64,000 nt of DNA, taken from contig OZ024747.1 of NCBI GenBank assembly GCA_964016885.1, positions 44,950,001-45,014,000 of the forward strand. The letters are read 5' to 3'. Under the pieces are notes generated by a model. The model did not search any database and was not told the origin of the DNA. It saw only the letters and a list, made by a program, of their open reading frames with translations. Source of the DNA: Eledone cirrhosa. Its lineage: Eukaryota. The first letter of the stretch is position 1, and each line of letters opens with the position of its first letter. Shown here piece by piece: positions 51,348-64,000 of the stretch. The translations under genes and the position numbers were made by a program.

Positions 51348-51520
51348 TCATCATCATCATTATCGTTTAACATCTATCTTCCACACTAGCATGGGTTTAG
51401 ACGAGAATTGTCCCACGTGAGGCAAGATTGGTTGTCTTGCTCGTATAGGACTGTCTGGCGGGTTTTCTATGGCTGGATGTCCTTCCTAACACCAACCACG
51501 TTTACAGTGTGGACTGGGAG
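51348..51520 (-). mobile_element. Short RTE family C 3' end
   Basis: Matches 42608-42790. Confidence 0.85.
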
Positions 51521-51719
51521 ATGTATTTAAGTATGTATTTAGAGTTAAATATTCTGTTGTGGTTGGCCGTGAAGAGGCTGCTGTAGTTTATTTATCAAAT
51601 ATTTCTTCATAGGAGCCTTTCTTCTTATAGCCTGGTCTAATTGATTTTTTATGTGGTTAATTATGCTAATTGGGAGAGGAAATAGTGTATATATTTTATC
51701 AAATGATTCTATGGACATA

Positions 51720-51883
51720 TTTTATGATATATATATACATATACATATATATATATACATATATATATATACATATATATATGATGATGGCTGCCCCCTC
51801 GTTATCGAGTATGGCCATTGCACGAGAAGAAAAAAATAAAAATAAAAATAAAAATAAAAAATAAATAAAATAAAATAAAATAA

Positions 51884-51922
<39 letters not shown>

Positions 51923-52178
51923 ACATATATATATATATATATATATATACATACATATATACATACACACATACATACACATACACACACATATATACAC
52001 ACACATACATTAATAACAATAATAATAATAATAATAATAATAGCAATAATAATAATAACGACAACAACAATAATAATATACATATACATATATATATACA
52101 CACACACGTACACACATAAGAATATCTACACACACACACACACGATAGCAACTAACAGTTCTGCGATCGAATATATAC

Positions 52179-52235
<57 letters not shown>

Positions 52236-53366
52236 CATATATATATACATATATATACATATATATATATACATATATATACATATATATACATATATAT
52301 ACATATATATACATATATATATACATATATATATAGATATATACATATATATATATACATATATATATACATATATATATATACATATTTATATGTATAT
52401 GTAGCAAGTTTAATACATATTCTATTTATGTATATACATTTGTATATGTCTATGATTTTAATTGTACATATGAGTGTACATGTATATGTGTATGTGTATG
52501 TATGTGTGTGTGTGTGTCTGAATGCATCTGTAGATTCACACAAATCTATATCATTGAACAGTCTCATTGATATAGTATTTGTCTATCATCATCATCATCA
52601 TAAATATTATTATTGTTGTTGATTTTGTTGTTGACATTTTAGTTATCACACACACTGCATGCATTATAGCCATCGCCATCAACATCCTGCTTACCACAAA
52701 CACCAACAGCCCCTCTGCTACTGCATCATTATTACCAAGGCAGTATCGGTAGAGGGTTGGACGCCATGCTTTCCAGCATAGTTACGTCCCTTTATGATCT
52801 GAGTTCAAATCCCGCCGAGGTTGACTTTGCCTTTCATCCTTACGGGGTCGATAAAATAAAGTACCAGTAATGCACTGGGATAATTGCTGGCCTTGTGCCA
52901 AAAAGTAGAAACAATTATTACCAAGGCCATGGATTGGCAGTATCGGTAGTGGATCGGACACCATGCTTTGACGCATAGAGTTACGGCCCTTGCCATTCTG
53001 AGTTCAAATCCTGCCGAGGTTAACTTTGCCTTTCATCCTTACCGGGTCGATAAAATAAAGTACCAGTAATGCACTGTGATAATTGCTGGCCTTGTGCCAA
53101 AAGTAGAAACAATTATTATCAATGCCATTACTATTGTCATTGTCACCACCATCAACATCAACATCAGCACTATCACTATCTTCATCATCATTAATCTTAC
53201 AGGTAGAAATTTAATTCTGTTATCAAGTACAACTTATTTTCCTTTTTTCTTTTATATATAAATTCTATGAATTTATATATATATTTATAACCCCCCACCC
53301 CCACCCCCACACACACATATGTCTGTATATATGTATGTATATATATATATATAATATGTATGTAAT

Positions 53367-53438
<72 letters not shown>

Positions 53439-53471
53439 TTTATATATACATATATCTATATATGTATATAA

Positions 53472-53503
<32 letters not shown>

Positions 53504-53575
53504 ATATATACATATATCTATATATGTATATAAATACATACATACATATTTATATATACACATCCTAACACATAC

Positions 53576-53628
<53 letters not shown>

Positions 53629-54278
53629 TATATTTCATGTTATCTTAATCTGTTTATACATAATGTATATATGACTTTTCTATCAGTTAATAAAATATCT
53701 TTGAAAACAAATTCATAAATGTTACAAAAAAGAGCAACAACATAAACAACAGTATTAATTCACTGATAAACATTATAATGTTGAAGAAATAATAAATATA
53801 CAGACAAAAAAAAACCTAAACATGGGGTGACAAAAATATAAATAAATAGAATAAAAATATATATATATATATAAAAATCATGTACAAAGTGAAAGTGAAA
53901 TCTTCCAAACGTCAGAATTAACAAACTAACAGGTGAAAATCAAACTTATCATAGTCTATTTCAATTCTAGTCTTAATGTTATTCACAGAATATATTTTAA
54001 AACTATTATTTTAGAATAAGCACATGATATCATATATATAATATAAATATTATGTTAACATTTTTATTTGTTTGTTTTTAGTTATATTTGTGTTTTATAT
54101 TTTATTATTATTATGTTATGTTCAGAGTATATTAAACATAATAATATTCTCGCATTTAATCCGCATAAAATGAACATAAATTAGAGACAGCAAAACAAAT
54201 ACCTTTTTCTCCCCCTCTCTCTTTCTCTCTCTATACATACACATAATGTATGTATATATGTATGTATGTATGTATGTA

Positions 54279-54312
<34 letters not shown>

Positions 54313-54462
54313 CTCCTTTGTATTCATTCCATTTATATATATATACTGTACCCATATATACCCATATATATATGTTTGTATATATATATATGTATATATA
54401 TATATGTATGTATGTATATATATGTATATATATGTATGTATAAATATGTATATATATATGTG

Positions 54463-54493
<31 letters not shown>

Positions 54494-54500
54494 ATTTACC
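51720..54500. repeat. Dense microsatellite field: (TA)n, (ATATATATAC)n, (AAAAT)n, (AAT)n, (CA)n
   Basis: Directly visible. It is the source of the YIYI ORFs. Confidence 0.9.
52736..53118 (+). mobile_element. Head-to-tail dimer of SINE family 1
   Basis: Two consecutive units, each preceded by TTATTACCAAGGC. Confidence 0.9.
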
Positions 54501-54803
54501 AAATTATATTTTATATCATTATATTCTTTTGTTACTTTTTTTTATTGTAGAATTTTTATTTGTTCATTTTATTTGTGTATGTGTGTCTGCATGATTTTGT
54601 TGTTGCTGTATCAATATTTAAGAAATATCTATGAGTTAAATTGAATAAACAATGATGTGTGTATTGAGTTAGAATTTGTTGCTATAGAGCACATAAAATT
54701 TTATAGTTTGTACGCAGGTAAATATATATATATATATATAAATATATATATATAAAATAATTAAGTCAAATATTTAAAATTTGGCTTCGTTTATTAAAGA
54801 TAT

Positions 54804-54858
54804 ACTGCTATATATATTTCGGTGACAGCCATCATTGGCTGTGTCCTCTTCAGGCAGT
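54804..54858 (-). ncRNA. Minimal type I hammerhead (left arm)
   Basis: ACUGC-CUGAAGA-GGacACAGCC aaugau GGCUGUcaCC-GAAA-UAUAUA-UA/GCAGU. Confidence 0.8.
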
Positions 54859-55190
54859 CCGAATTGGTGTGGTAGAGATGGGTACACATGTTGTTGAATT
54901 GTTTTACTCCGTCAATGCTCTGATATGTCCAGCTCCTGGTTGGCTTGTTATTTCTCTGAGGAACTGGAATCATATGAATTCGAACAAATGAATTTCGGCG
55001 TCATAGGACACTCTCTCCTCCAATTGGTCAGTTGTGAGAATGTTCCTAACCGAAATTCGTTTGTCGAATTCATATGATTCCAGTTCCTCAGAGAAATAAC
55101 AACCCAACCAGGAGCTGGACATATCGATGTATTGACGGAGTAAAACACACTTCAACAACATGTTTACTTGTCTTTCCTACACCAATTCGG

Positions 55191-55245
55191 ACTGCCTGAA
55201 GAGGTCACAGCCAATGAAGGTTGTCACCGAAATATATATAGCAGT
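55191..55245 (+). ncRNA. Minimal type I hammerhead (right arm)
   Basis: ACUGC-CUGAAGA-GGUcACAGCC aaugaa GGUUGUcACC-GAAA-UAUAUA-UA/GCAGU, with cleavage predicted after 55240. Confidence 0.85.
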
Positions 55246-55382
55246 ATATCTTTAATAAACGAAGCCAAATTTTAAATATTTGACTTAATTATTTTACATT
55301 ACTCCGGAGTAAACAAACCAACCTACATAGTTCGCCAAGTGCTCCATTCTGCATACTGAGGTATCGATAAACAACCAACATA

Positions 55383-55419
<37 letters not shown>

Positions 55420-55887
55420 TAGATAGATATAGTGATCCCTCATTAAACTATACTAATAGGAGGAAGGGCATACGTTTTAGCTGTCTGTTTGAGTTAATCA
55501 ACGGTAAAGTTCAATATTGTATACATTTACGATATTGAAGCTACACACAGTGTATGCTGACTGTTACAAACTACAGAAAATAAAACATGTAATTATATAT
55601 ATTTTATATAATTAATTAATGTTACATAATGTGAAAATATAAAACTCAATGTGAATTCTTAATGTCATTGAAATTCTGTAGGTAGGTGACTAATGAGCTT
55701 GATGGGATGAAGGGGATAATTTGTCATTATGAACTAGTAGAGATATGATGTTCTGCTGGTACTTTCTGCCCCCCTGTAGAAGTCTCAGGTTACTGAGGAA
55801 GGATTAAGTCAGCTGTAAGTGAGTTACGAATGTCATCTGTCAGTTTAACAGCTGCAGTAATTTCTGAGCAAGATGACTACAAGAATA

Positions 55888-56082
55888 CAGAGCTGTCAAC
55901 TCTTCCCGTCCGATAGGGAGATATCCCACTCAATTTGGGGTGAGTGGGAGATGTCTTCTCTTTTGAAAATGGGTATAGCATTCATTATGTAAAATCTCCC
56001 TGTTTTGCCTCATTTCTCCCCATTTTGGGGCACATTTTTTCATGGTACTCTCCGTTTGGGTTTTTAGAGGTTGGCAGATCTG
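55888..56082. mobile_element. Probable MITE
   Basis: Imperfect TIRs CAGAGCTGTCAAC and GTTGGCAGATCTG. No clear TSD. Confidence 0.45.
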
Positions 56083-59000
56083 AGTTACATTTTATTGCTT
56101 TGCTGATGTTGCTTCCAGGTAATGAGCTTCCCTTGATGCTCTAAGATGCTGATAATATTGCATCATATCAGTTCTTGTTGACAGGTTAATGTACAAACTA
56201 GAGTTGTTAAGGGTTTCTCATATAACAAAGAGTTGTGTTTCTTGGACAATGATTTATCATCATCAGTAACATTGGTTTTTGAATTCTGAGTTTAAATTCC
56301 ACTCCGGCTTATTTGGATAGTAAATTTAAATTGTATGGTCTAACATCATCACCTTTCCCTTGAATATCTGCAACAGGGTCCACATTATTGTAAGAATTTG
56401 GGCCCAGTCACTATTTTAGGATACCTCACTCCTTCCATCCTTCCCTCCCAACCATGGAAACCTTGAAGAAGGTCTTGGGTACTGCTATTCCTCTCCTGAC
56501 AGAAAAAAAAACTATAGTTTACAAGTCAGTATTTCAAACATATGGTTGCCAATTAAATTTATACAGGAAGTTTAGCTATACATTTACATTTTAAATGAAC
56601 ATTTTGGTTGAAGGAATGAATTGATTGTCTGATACATCCACATATGTGAGATATATATGTATGTTTGTGTGTGTATATCTGTGTCTGTGTATATTTATAT
56701 AATTCCTGTTATGTGCTGTAACTTAATTATTCAACAAATAGAGAGAAATGAAATAAGTAACAGACTGAAACAAAGTATTTTGGTCAATATTATTAACTAA
56801 ACCTCAATAGGGCAGTGGATTGGCAGTATCGGGGTCGATAAAATAAAGTACCAGTAATGCACTGGATAATTGCTGGCCTTGTGCCTAAAGTAGAAACAAT
56901 TATTAACTAAACCTCTTGAATTTAGTACCCCATCATCACCAATAACTTCAACCAGTAAAAATTATACATACATATATGCATATATTCACACACAAGAACA
57001 GTTAATATTTAATTTATTAATTTATTAATTGGCTGATAATGGTAAGAATCACAAGGGAAATTAAAAATTACAAATTACAAATTTATAATTTGTTGACTAA
57101 ACAAAAATTTATCACAATATTAGCTCATAGTTTTGAAATTCGAGTACAAAATGTATAAAATGTGCTGGAAATAAATCTTCAAGATTGAAATCCTCATCAC
57201 CAACACCATCATCATCATCATCATTTCTGTCTGTTCTCCATGCTGGTGTAGGTTGGACAAGTTGTTATAGTTTGAGACTGAATGTGCTGGAGAATCATAT
57301 TTTGCTCATATGTTCCATTTTTGTTATAGTTTTATTCTGGTTCCTGTGGTTGGATACTCTTCCTAAGGCCAACCACTTTGCAAATTGTAGTAGCTGCATC
57401 AGCACTAACACTTTATAAAGTAGACTAGGTGCAGTTTATTGTAGAACCAGCACTACCCCATTACAACATGGACAGGGTACATTTTATTAAGGCATCAACA
57501 CTAGAGAGGTTGTTATGTCCTCAGCAGGACTAAAGAGGGTCCTTTCAAATCTACATGATCTCAGTTCAGTCACTACTACCTTACAGAGTTTACTGGGTAA
57601 ATTTTACCAAAGTGAGTTTGACTTGGAACTATACATTTTCTAAGCTGAATATATAAACTATAATAAAACAAAAGTAAATCAAGCCTTATCTTGATTTTGA
57701 AACCTTGCTATTAGATAGAAAGTGTGAGAAAAAGGAAAGTGTTAGGCACTCTTGTAAGAAAATTTCATGAATAAGCAAAAAAAAAAAAGAAAAAAGGAAA
57801 AAAAATTCAAAACAAGAATTGAAGATTGAATTTAATTAGAAATTATATTCACCAAAAAGAAAAAAAAATGTATTTCAAATTTTTGAATCAATAAAATGAT
57901 TGCAATTATTAACCCACATTTATTATTAATTCAAGTCAAACCAAACTAACAAAAAATTGATTAAAACTACCTAATTATTATAGGCAAAAGAACAATAAAT
58001 AATAATAGGCAAAAGGACAAAAAGAAACTTTTATTCTATATGCTATACAAAGCACTCAGTAAGTTACATAAGTACTATGAATTATCAATAACTTTCCCTG
58101 AAGATATCTGAAAGAGTCAGGTGTGAAAAGTTAAGGTTTTTAATCTCTTCGCTGATATTGTTGCAAGAATACGGTAATGTTGAACTATAGTAAAAGTAAA
58201 CTTCATACTTCAATTGACTTAAGAAGGTTCCACTTAACTCACTCCAACTGTGACATTTCCACAACTATATTGTTGACTGCAATAATGTCATCAGATTGTT
58301 TCACAAAGGATGTACAACATAAAAATGTCAACAGTTTATCAATGCAGGGTCTAATGTCAGTCATATAATGGTGACATCATTCACATCTAAGATAGCCATA
58401 GAAAGAGTGAAAAAAGAAAATAGTGAATTTATCAAAAGTTTCACAATTATAAACTTTTTGTTAGCTGACAAATTCTAGAGATATTGAATACTCATTAAAT
58501 AAATAACAGAGTTAACCATAAGTTGTGAATTAACTCAAGTGTTAGAGTATCAGATGAAATGCTTTACTGTATTTATTTTAGCTCCTTGTGTTCAGATTTC
58601 AAATCTTGCTAAAGTGAACTTTGACTTTCATGTTTCTGCAGTCAATATATTAATTACTACATAAGGGTGTAGACAGCCACAGAACTAAGAGTGTTAGATA
58701 ATATGCCTTGTGGTATTTTTTCTGAGTTCAAATCCTGCTATGGCTTCCTTTGGTGATTGATTTAATTAACTATTTAGTTTAAGACTATCACCTGGCCCTT
58801 GGGTGTCTTCTGCAGAGTTTGAGAATATTTTCCTCCTTTTATCCATCATTCTTGGATACTACTGAGAGAGTCATAGACACACTACTTCTCTCCTGACAAA
58901 GAAATAAAGTGAAAAAGCTAACAATATCAACACAATTTGCCAATTTCTTATTGGCAGATGGAAATTTCAACTCAGTTTTCTTTCCACTTTTTTTCAGCCT

Positions 59001-59396
59001 AAAATTTTAAATGATTAATATTGAAACTTTTTTATAAACTGAAATAAAAAATTTGAAAGTGAGGAAATCTGATATAAAAGTTCAGTTTTGGATGAATAAT
59101 TAAAATTTAGAATTCATGTGTTTCTTATTGAATTTCAAATTTAGTTTTTAAATATGTTTAAATAAAAAAATAAATTGCTTTCAATCTTGACATTTACCCA
59201 CCATTATAAGTTTAAATTATGAAAATATTAGTACTGGGGTTATAACAAAAACACACCAAATCTACCCTGTAAGATGTTAGAGTCAGTGTATCCTCTTCAT
59301 TAAAGGTATCTACAACTACATTATTTAATATGCCCTTCTTTCGTTTTTAAATCAGTGGGATATATAAGAATATTTAGCAGCTATTTTTAGTAAATT

Positions 59397-59950
59397 ACTA
59401 GCAGAATGGCCTGGCGTTGCTCGGGATTCTAAACATAGATTGGCATGTTTAGCCCTCCTTTCTGAAACAGTACAGAGAAGTACGGAATACCTCAGCCTGG
59501 GGATGGTGTCTACATTTTGTGCCTATAAAAAAATTTGTCGTAGATTACCAGGGGTTTAACTTAATTGGGTGCCTGAGAGTAAAATATTCAACCCACAAAA
59601 GCCAAGACAATAGGGCTAAGTAAAAAGGCATTCGACAAATCGAACATGTATTTGTTGTGCTATAGTACAATGAAAGCAATAGTTACAGAGCAGTAAGCAT
59701 ATGGGACTGCAGTGGTGGAGAGCATGAAGGAATTTAGTTGGATACTTTTAAGGTTATGGGCCCTAACGCAACCAAAATGCGGTTCCCGGGCAAAAATTTG
59801 AAATCTTTTTCAGTCAAGAAAATTTGTGAAACATAATTAATGCATATGCAAAGTTTGAAAAAAAAATCAGTTGGGTGGTTCTCGAGTTTTAGGGAGACAG
59901 ACACACAGACAGACAGACAGACAGATATTCTCTGTTTTAGATATATAGAC
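59397..59950 (+). mobile_element. Non-autonomous Helitron/Helentron-like element with (GACA)n
   Basis: Starts ACTAGC...CCTGGCGTTGCTCGGG (subterminal hairpin) and ends CAAAGTTTG..AAAATC.G..GGTGGTTC..GAGTT-(GACA)n-TATATAGA, a Lep1/DINE-like layout. Confidence 0.65.
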
Positions 59951-60565
59951 TGGACAACATAGAAGCTCCATCATTAGTTGCTCCTTGTTATCTAATATCA
60001 GGCCAGCTGTGTCTTAATACACTTAATAATTTCTTGACCATATTTCTTATAAAATACACAATATTTCAATTAATTAATAAAGAATTTGGAGGGATTTACT
60101 AAATATACTAATTATTTCATTATTATGATGGTATTTAAGAAGTGGATTAGCAAATTCAGAGAATTGAATAAATCTATACTATTATTTTTCTGGCTCTTTA
60201 CATTCTGGTTTTAAATCCTACCAGAGTAAACTTTGCCATTCATCCTTTTAGGGTTAATAAAATAAAGTAACAGTCATGTACTGGTGTCAATTTAATAAAT
60301 TTTACCCTTCCTCTAAATTACTGGGCTTATACCTAAAGAAGAAATCATTATTATGATGGAATTTGAAACAAAAGTTTCTTATATCAAATTTTGTGGAACT
60401 CTTTAAAATAGGTGATTTTGTTTCATAGGTAACAAACATTCTAGCCTTGAGTATCCCATCCCTTTTGTATATTCAGGAATACTTTATTAAATGTGCCCAT
60501 CCAACATCAACAGTATCTTTCTGTAATAATCCAATTTGCTATCTAGAGAAGATATAATTCTTATT

Positions 60566-60818
60566 TTAACCCTTTTGTTACCATATTTCTAATGAAATAT
60601 ACTGCCTGTGAATATTAATTAATTTTGGAAATTTGAAGGATTTAATAAGATAACTAACCTTTTTATGAATATGTTGTTGTTTGAATCATTAATTAACAAA
60701 AATTACTTAAATAAAATTATAATGGAAAGTTTTAATATAAGAATGGACATTTTAAAATGAGCAGTTTTGTATCATAAAACCAGAGCAGTTTCAGGCAGGC
60801 TGGTTTCAAAAGGGTTTA
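60566..60818. mobile_element. piggyBac-like MITE family II
   Basis: TTAACCCTTTTGTTACC...GGTTTCAAAAGGGTTTA. Confidence 0.75.
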
Positions 60819-62082
60819 TGATACAGAAACCAAAGTTGGTTGTTCAGCCTGTGGATCTACCATGACATATATTTCTATCTAAATTAAGTAATGAAGATTT
60901 AAGTCAAGTTTCCAAGAACAAAGTGCATTGTTAGTTATAAGATACGAACCATCAAGCATTCTACTGGTTAACCAGTACCTTGTTAGCTCAGTCAACTTTA
61001 AGCCATTTCCTTATCATTGAACAAATAATACTATTTCAGTAGTTCCATCTACCAAAATTATAAATAGCTTAAAAAGAGTAGCTTCTATTTTATTCAAATA
61101 ACAGCATGGTTCAACTTTATATAGTTTTGATTTCTATTTAATGAAATTGTTCATGTCTATTACAAATTCAGTCATAAATATGTAGCTCCTATTCAAATTA
61201 CTATTCACAAAGGTTTCACACTGCACTGTTTTGAGAATTCTTGAAAATTTAGTTGAGAAAAATGTTTGGCTCAGGAAGCCAAATATATCTCTGCAAGTGA
61301 CTTAAGAGCTGAGGGGAAATGTTTGTAGGAAAGGTGACAGAATAATTTACTGGTCTAAGGCATATCTGTGTTTAGAAAAAGACTTAAGAAAGTTATCCAC
61401 TCAGACGGCTTGAGGAATATTCATGAGTCACTGTATGAATTGGCACTATTTTAAAGTAGGTCGATCAGAACAATTCAACATCTCTCTAAGGGTTGGCTTA
61501 GAACACAACTTACCAAACACATGCTAATTCAGTATTCATAGAAGCTGTTTCAACAGTGCCCATGCAGAGATAGATAGGATGTGTGACTAATTTAAAAATA
61601 CTCTTGTATATTCTTGTAGTTTATATTGAAAAACCTGCTTATGAAGATCAAATTAGTAGGACTAGAAGATAAATTTTATTTTAAAAAAATGTTGAATGTA
61701 AACAGGTAAAGTATTAAAATATAAAAACAAAGTAAATTCAAGTATAGCAAGATAAGAAAATTTATATCAGAGGAGAATGTCTATCACCATCACCCCACTC
61801 TACTGCTAGCAAAAGTTGAACTCCTTATATAATATCTATAAGAAAAAAACACCTTTGCTTTCTTTGAATAAAAAACATATATTAATGATCTAATTCAACA
61901 TAACTTTGTTTTTACCATTGATGTAGTCTTCTTTTATTAATGATTGTTTCAGTCTTCTTATCTAGCTAGCATGAAGTTAACAGGTATTTCTGTACAGGAA
62001 ACTAATTACAGCAGTGTCAGCAACGTTGATGAAAAATAATAATCCAGAAATGTTTACAGTTGTCTCTCTTGCTTCATCAAAT

Positions 62083-62260
62083 AATAATTGTTTCTACTTT
62101 TGGTACAAGGCCAGCAATTACCCAGTGCATTACTGGTACTTTATTTTGTCGACCCCGTAAGGATGAAAGGCAAAGTTAACCTCGGCGGGATTTGAACTCA
62201 GACCGTAAAGGGACGTAACTACACTGGAAAGCATGTCTGACCCTCTACTGGTACTGCCAA
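62083..62260 (-). mobile_element. SINE family 1 copy
   Basis: Family tail and core are present. Confidence 0.85.
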
Positions 62261-62875
62261 AATAATGTTAACCAGATGTTAATGCTTTTTTAATCATTGT
62301 ATTTAACCCTGATGTTGAAAACAGTGGAAATATTAAATCACACGTTTTTATTTTATAATAATTTTGATGTTAGTTCTATCATCTGTAAAACATTAAGGCA
62401 AATTTGTTGTTATGAGAGAAAAAACCACGTTTGATAAAATATTTCTAAATCTGTTAATTATGGTTAGTAAATAAATGTCTCTTAACTCTTAATGGAGTCA
62501 TAGGGGCACTGTTCTGACACATGCCGTGTCTTGGACATTTATAAGTCTGAATAGCTGGTTTCTTCTAAAAAAGAAAGAAATGGGAGAAAGTGAGATAGAG
62601 GAAGAATGAACCCTAGTACTGGACTGATATTTTATCAACTTCAAAAGGATGAAAGGCAAATTATACTTGGAAGGATTTGAATTTAGAGTGTAGTGAGATA
62701 GGGCAAATAACTAATAGCTCTGCCTTACTCATGGTATGACGTGATGAAACTATTTAAACAGTAATATTCCTGAAAATTCCCCCATTTGCCATAGTTTCCT
62801 TATAAGAGTGTTAATTCATATTAACTGTTATGACATTGAAGTAGTCTCCAAACATTGCTGTTTCTGTGTCGTTGT

Positions 62876-63105
62876 TTAACCCTTTAGCATTTACATTACT
62901 CTATATATATACTATTGTATTTTTGTGGTAAAGGCTTTATCTCACATAGTTATCTCACATAATATCAAATCTACGAGATTTTGATGTTATTTATTTTGAG
63001 AACAATACTTTAAATCAATAAGAACAACCAGTTATGGCCGGTTTGAACAGAAAGAGGTGAGAGAATACTGGCTGGATATGGCCAGTTTAAATGCTAAAGG
63101 GTTAA
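62876..63105. mobile_element. piggyBac-like MITE family I
   Basis: Same TIRs and internal sequence as 49923-50155. Confidence 0.88.
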
Positions 63106-64000
63106 CCTCAGATCAACCTTCATTGAGCAAGCCTATGATCAAAAGTATTTTAGCTATGACCATTCTATCTCTTATTTCAGGCATAATGTATCTAGAATTA
63201 CATTATCTAGTACACCCATTATTGTTGTTTGCCCTCACGTTAACTCTCATCCCTCTCTTCTTTTTTTTGCATATCCAGATCTACATTATCCATTATGTAA
63301 TTTCTTTTTTTTGAGAGGCAGAGTTGATTGCTATTTCTAACAGATTAAACTACCATGTAGGGATTTCCTTGATAGTCATCTTTTCTCGGTTTCAGATTGT
63401 AGGATTTAATTTGTGGGAAATTTGGCTGATATTTCTAAATTATTTCTATAATGAATTGCTTCTTTATTTAATTCCCATACAATTCTACTAATTCTAAAGA
63501 GGAACATTTATGCATCAGATCAATGAAAACCCTTATATTTCTTACTTGCATCATTGACTAAGGTTGATTATATTTTATAAAATGTAAAACAATCACAGAT
63601 ACAAATACAAAAACCTTTACATTTATATGACAGAGAGCATACTTGATTATTTCTGATTAAAAAAAACACCTTTAAATGTTGCACATATTTTGATTATCTA
63701 AAAACAAATGCCTACTTTTAGAAACTAAGTTCAGAGTATAGGAGAGTGATTGGTAATATTGTATAATTATAAAACTGTGCTGTAAATATTCAATGTAGTT
63801 ATCAATGTAATTATCATATAGATAATTAATTCTGCTTCACATGGTATAATATATATATGTTTAACCCTTTCTTAACCATATTTTCAAAGAAATACTTAGT
63901 TTTAAGTTTCAGTTAATATTGAAGACAACCAATAATTTAAATGAATCTATAAAATAACTAACTTGGTATATTAAGCCAGTGATTGGTGCATAATCTAAAA

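Larger units (their letters stand above)
54753..55385. mobile_element. Large palindromic double-hammerhead cassette in (TA)n
   Basis: ~245 bp inverted arms at 54753-54998 and 55050-55296, a partly self-complementary spacer, and a one-sided tail at 55297-55385. Confidence 0.88.

Noticed and set aside
58095-58310. CTGAAGATATCTGAAAGAGTC (+) and CTGATGA...GAAATGTC (-)
   Set aside because: Core words are present but stems I and II do not pair, so these are likely chance matches.
58180-61620. Possible minus-strand host exons near 58200-58390, 60430-60545 and 61515-61600
   Set aside because: Splice-like signals exist, but the frames contain stops or give unrecognisable peptides. They cannot be supported without transcript data.

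Overview
This is AT-rich, microsatellite-dense eukaryotic DNA with no recognisable host protein-coding gene. Its SINE and LINE content looks like an octopod cephalopod (inferred from recalled repeat similarity, not from a search). Most ORFs in the track are translations of (TA)n, (CAT)n or (GT)n tracts, or antisense frames of LINEs. The real content is transposon-derived: one almost intact RTE-clade LINE (14182-17440; APE endonuclease, RT and a PHD-like finger) with several broken or truncated relatives, about 20 tRNA-derived SINEs of two families, remnants of three or four Penelope-like element (PLE) lineages, a hAT transposase relic, several MITE families and a Helitron-like insert. The most interesting signal is at the RNA level: about 10 hammerhead ribozyme (HHR) motifs. 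One is a stand-alone full-size type I HHR at 49053-49143 (minus strand) with Schistosoma/HH9-like architecture. Several minimal HHRs lie in short non-coding palindromic or tandem cassettes (32571-33010, 35379-35750, 54753-55385; a single-HHR relative at 48650-48930) that sit in or next to (TA)n tracts and share one-sided tail motifs. This suggests a family of ribozyme-bearing, TA-targeted, fold-back non-autonomous PLE derivatives (retrozyme-like). All structures were folded by eye and none has been tested for cleavage.
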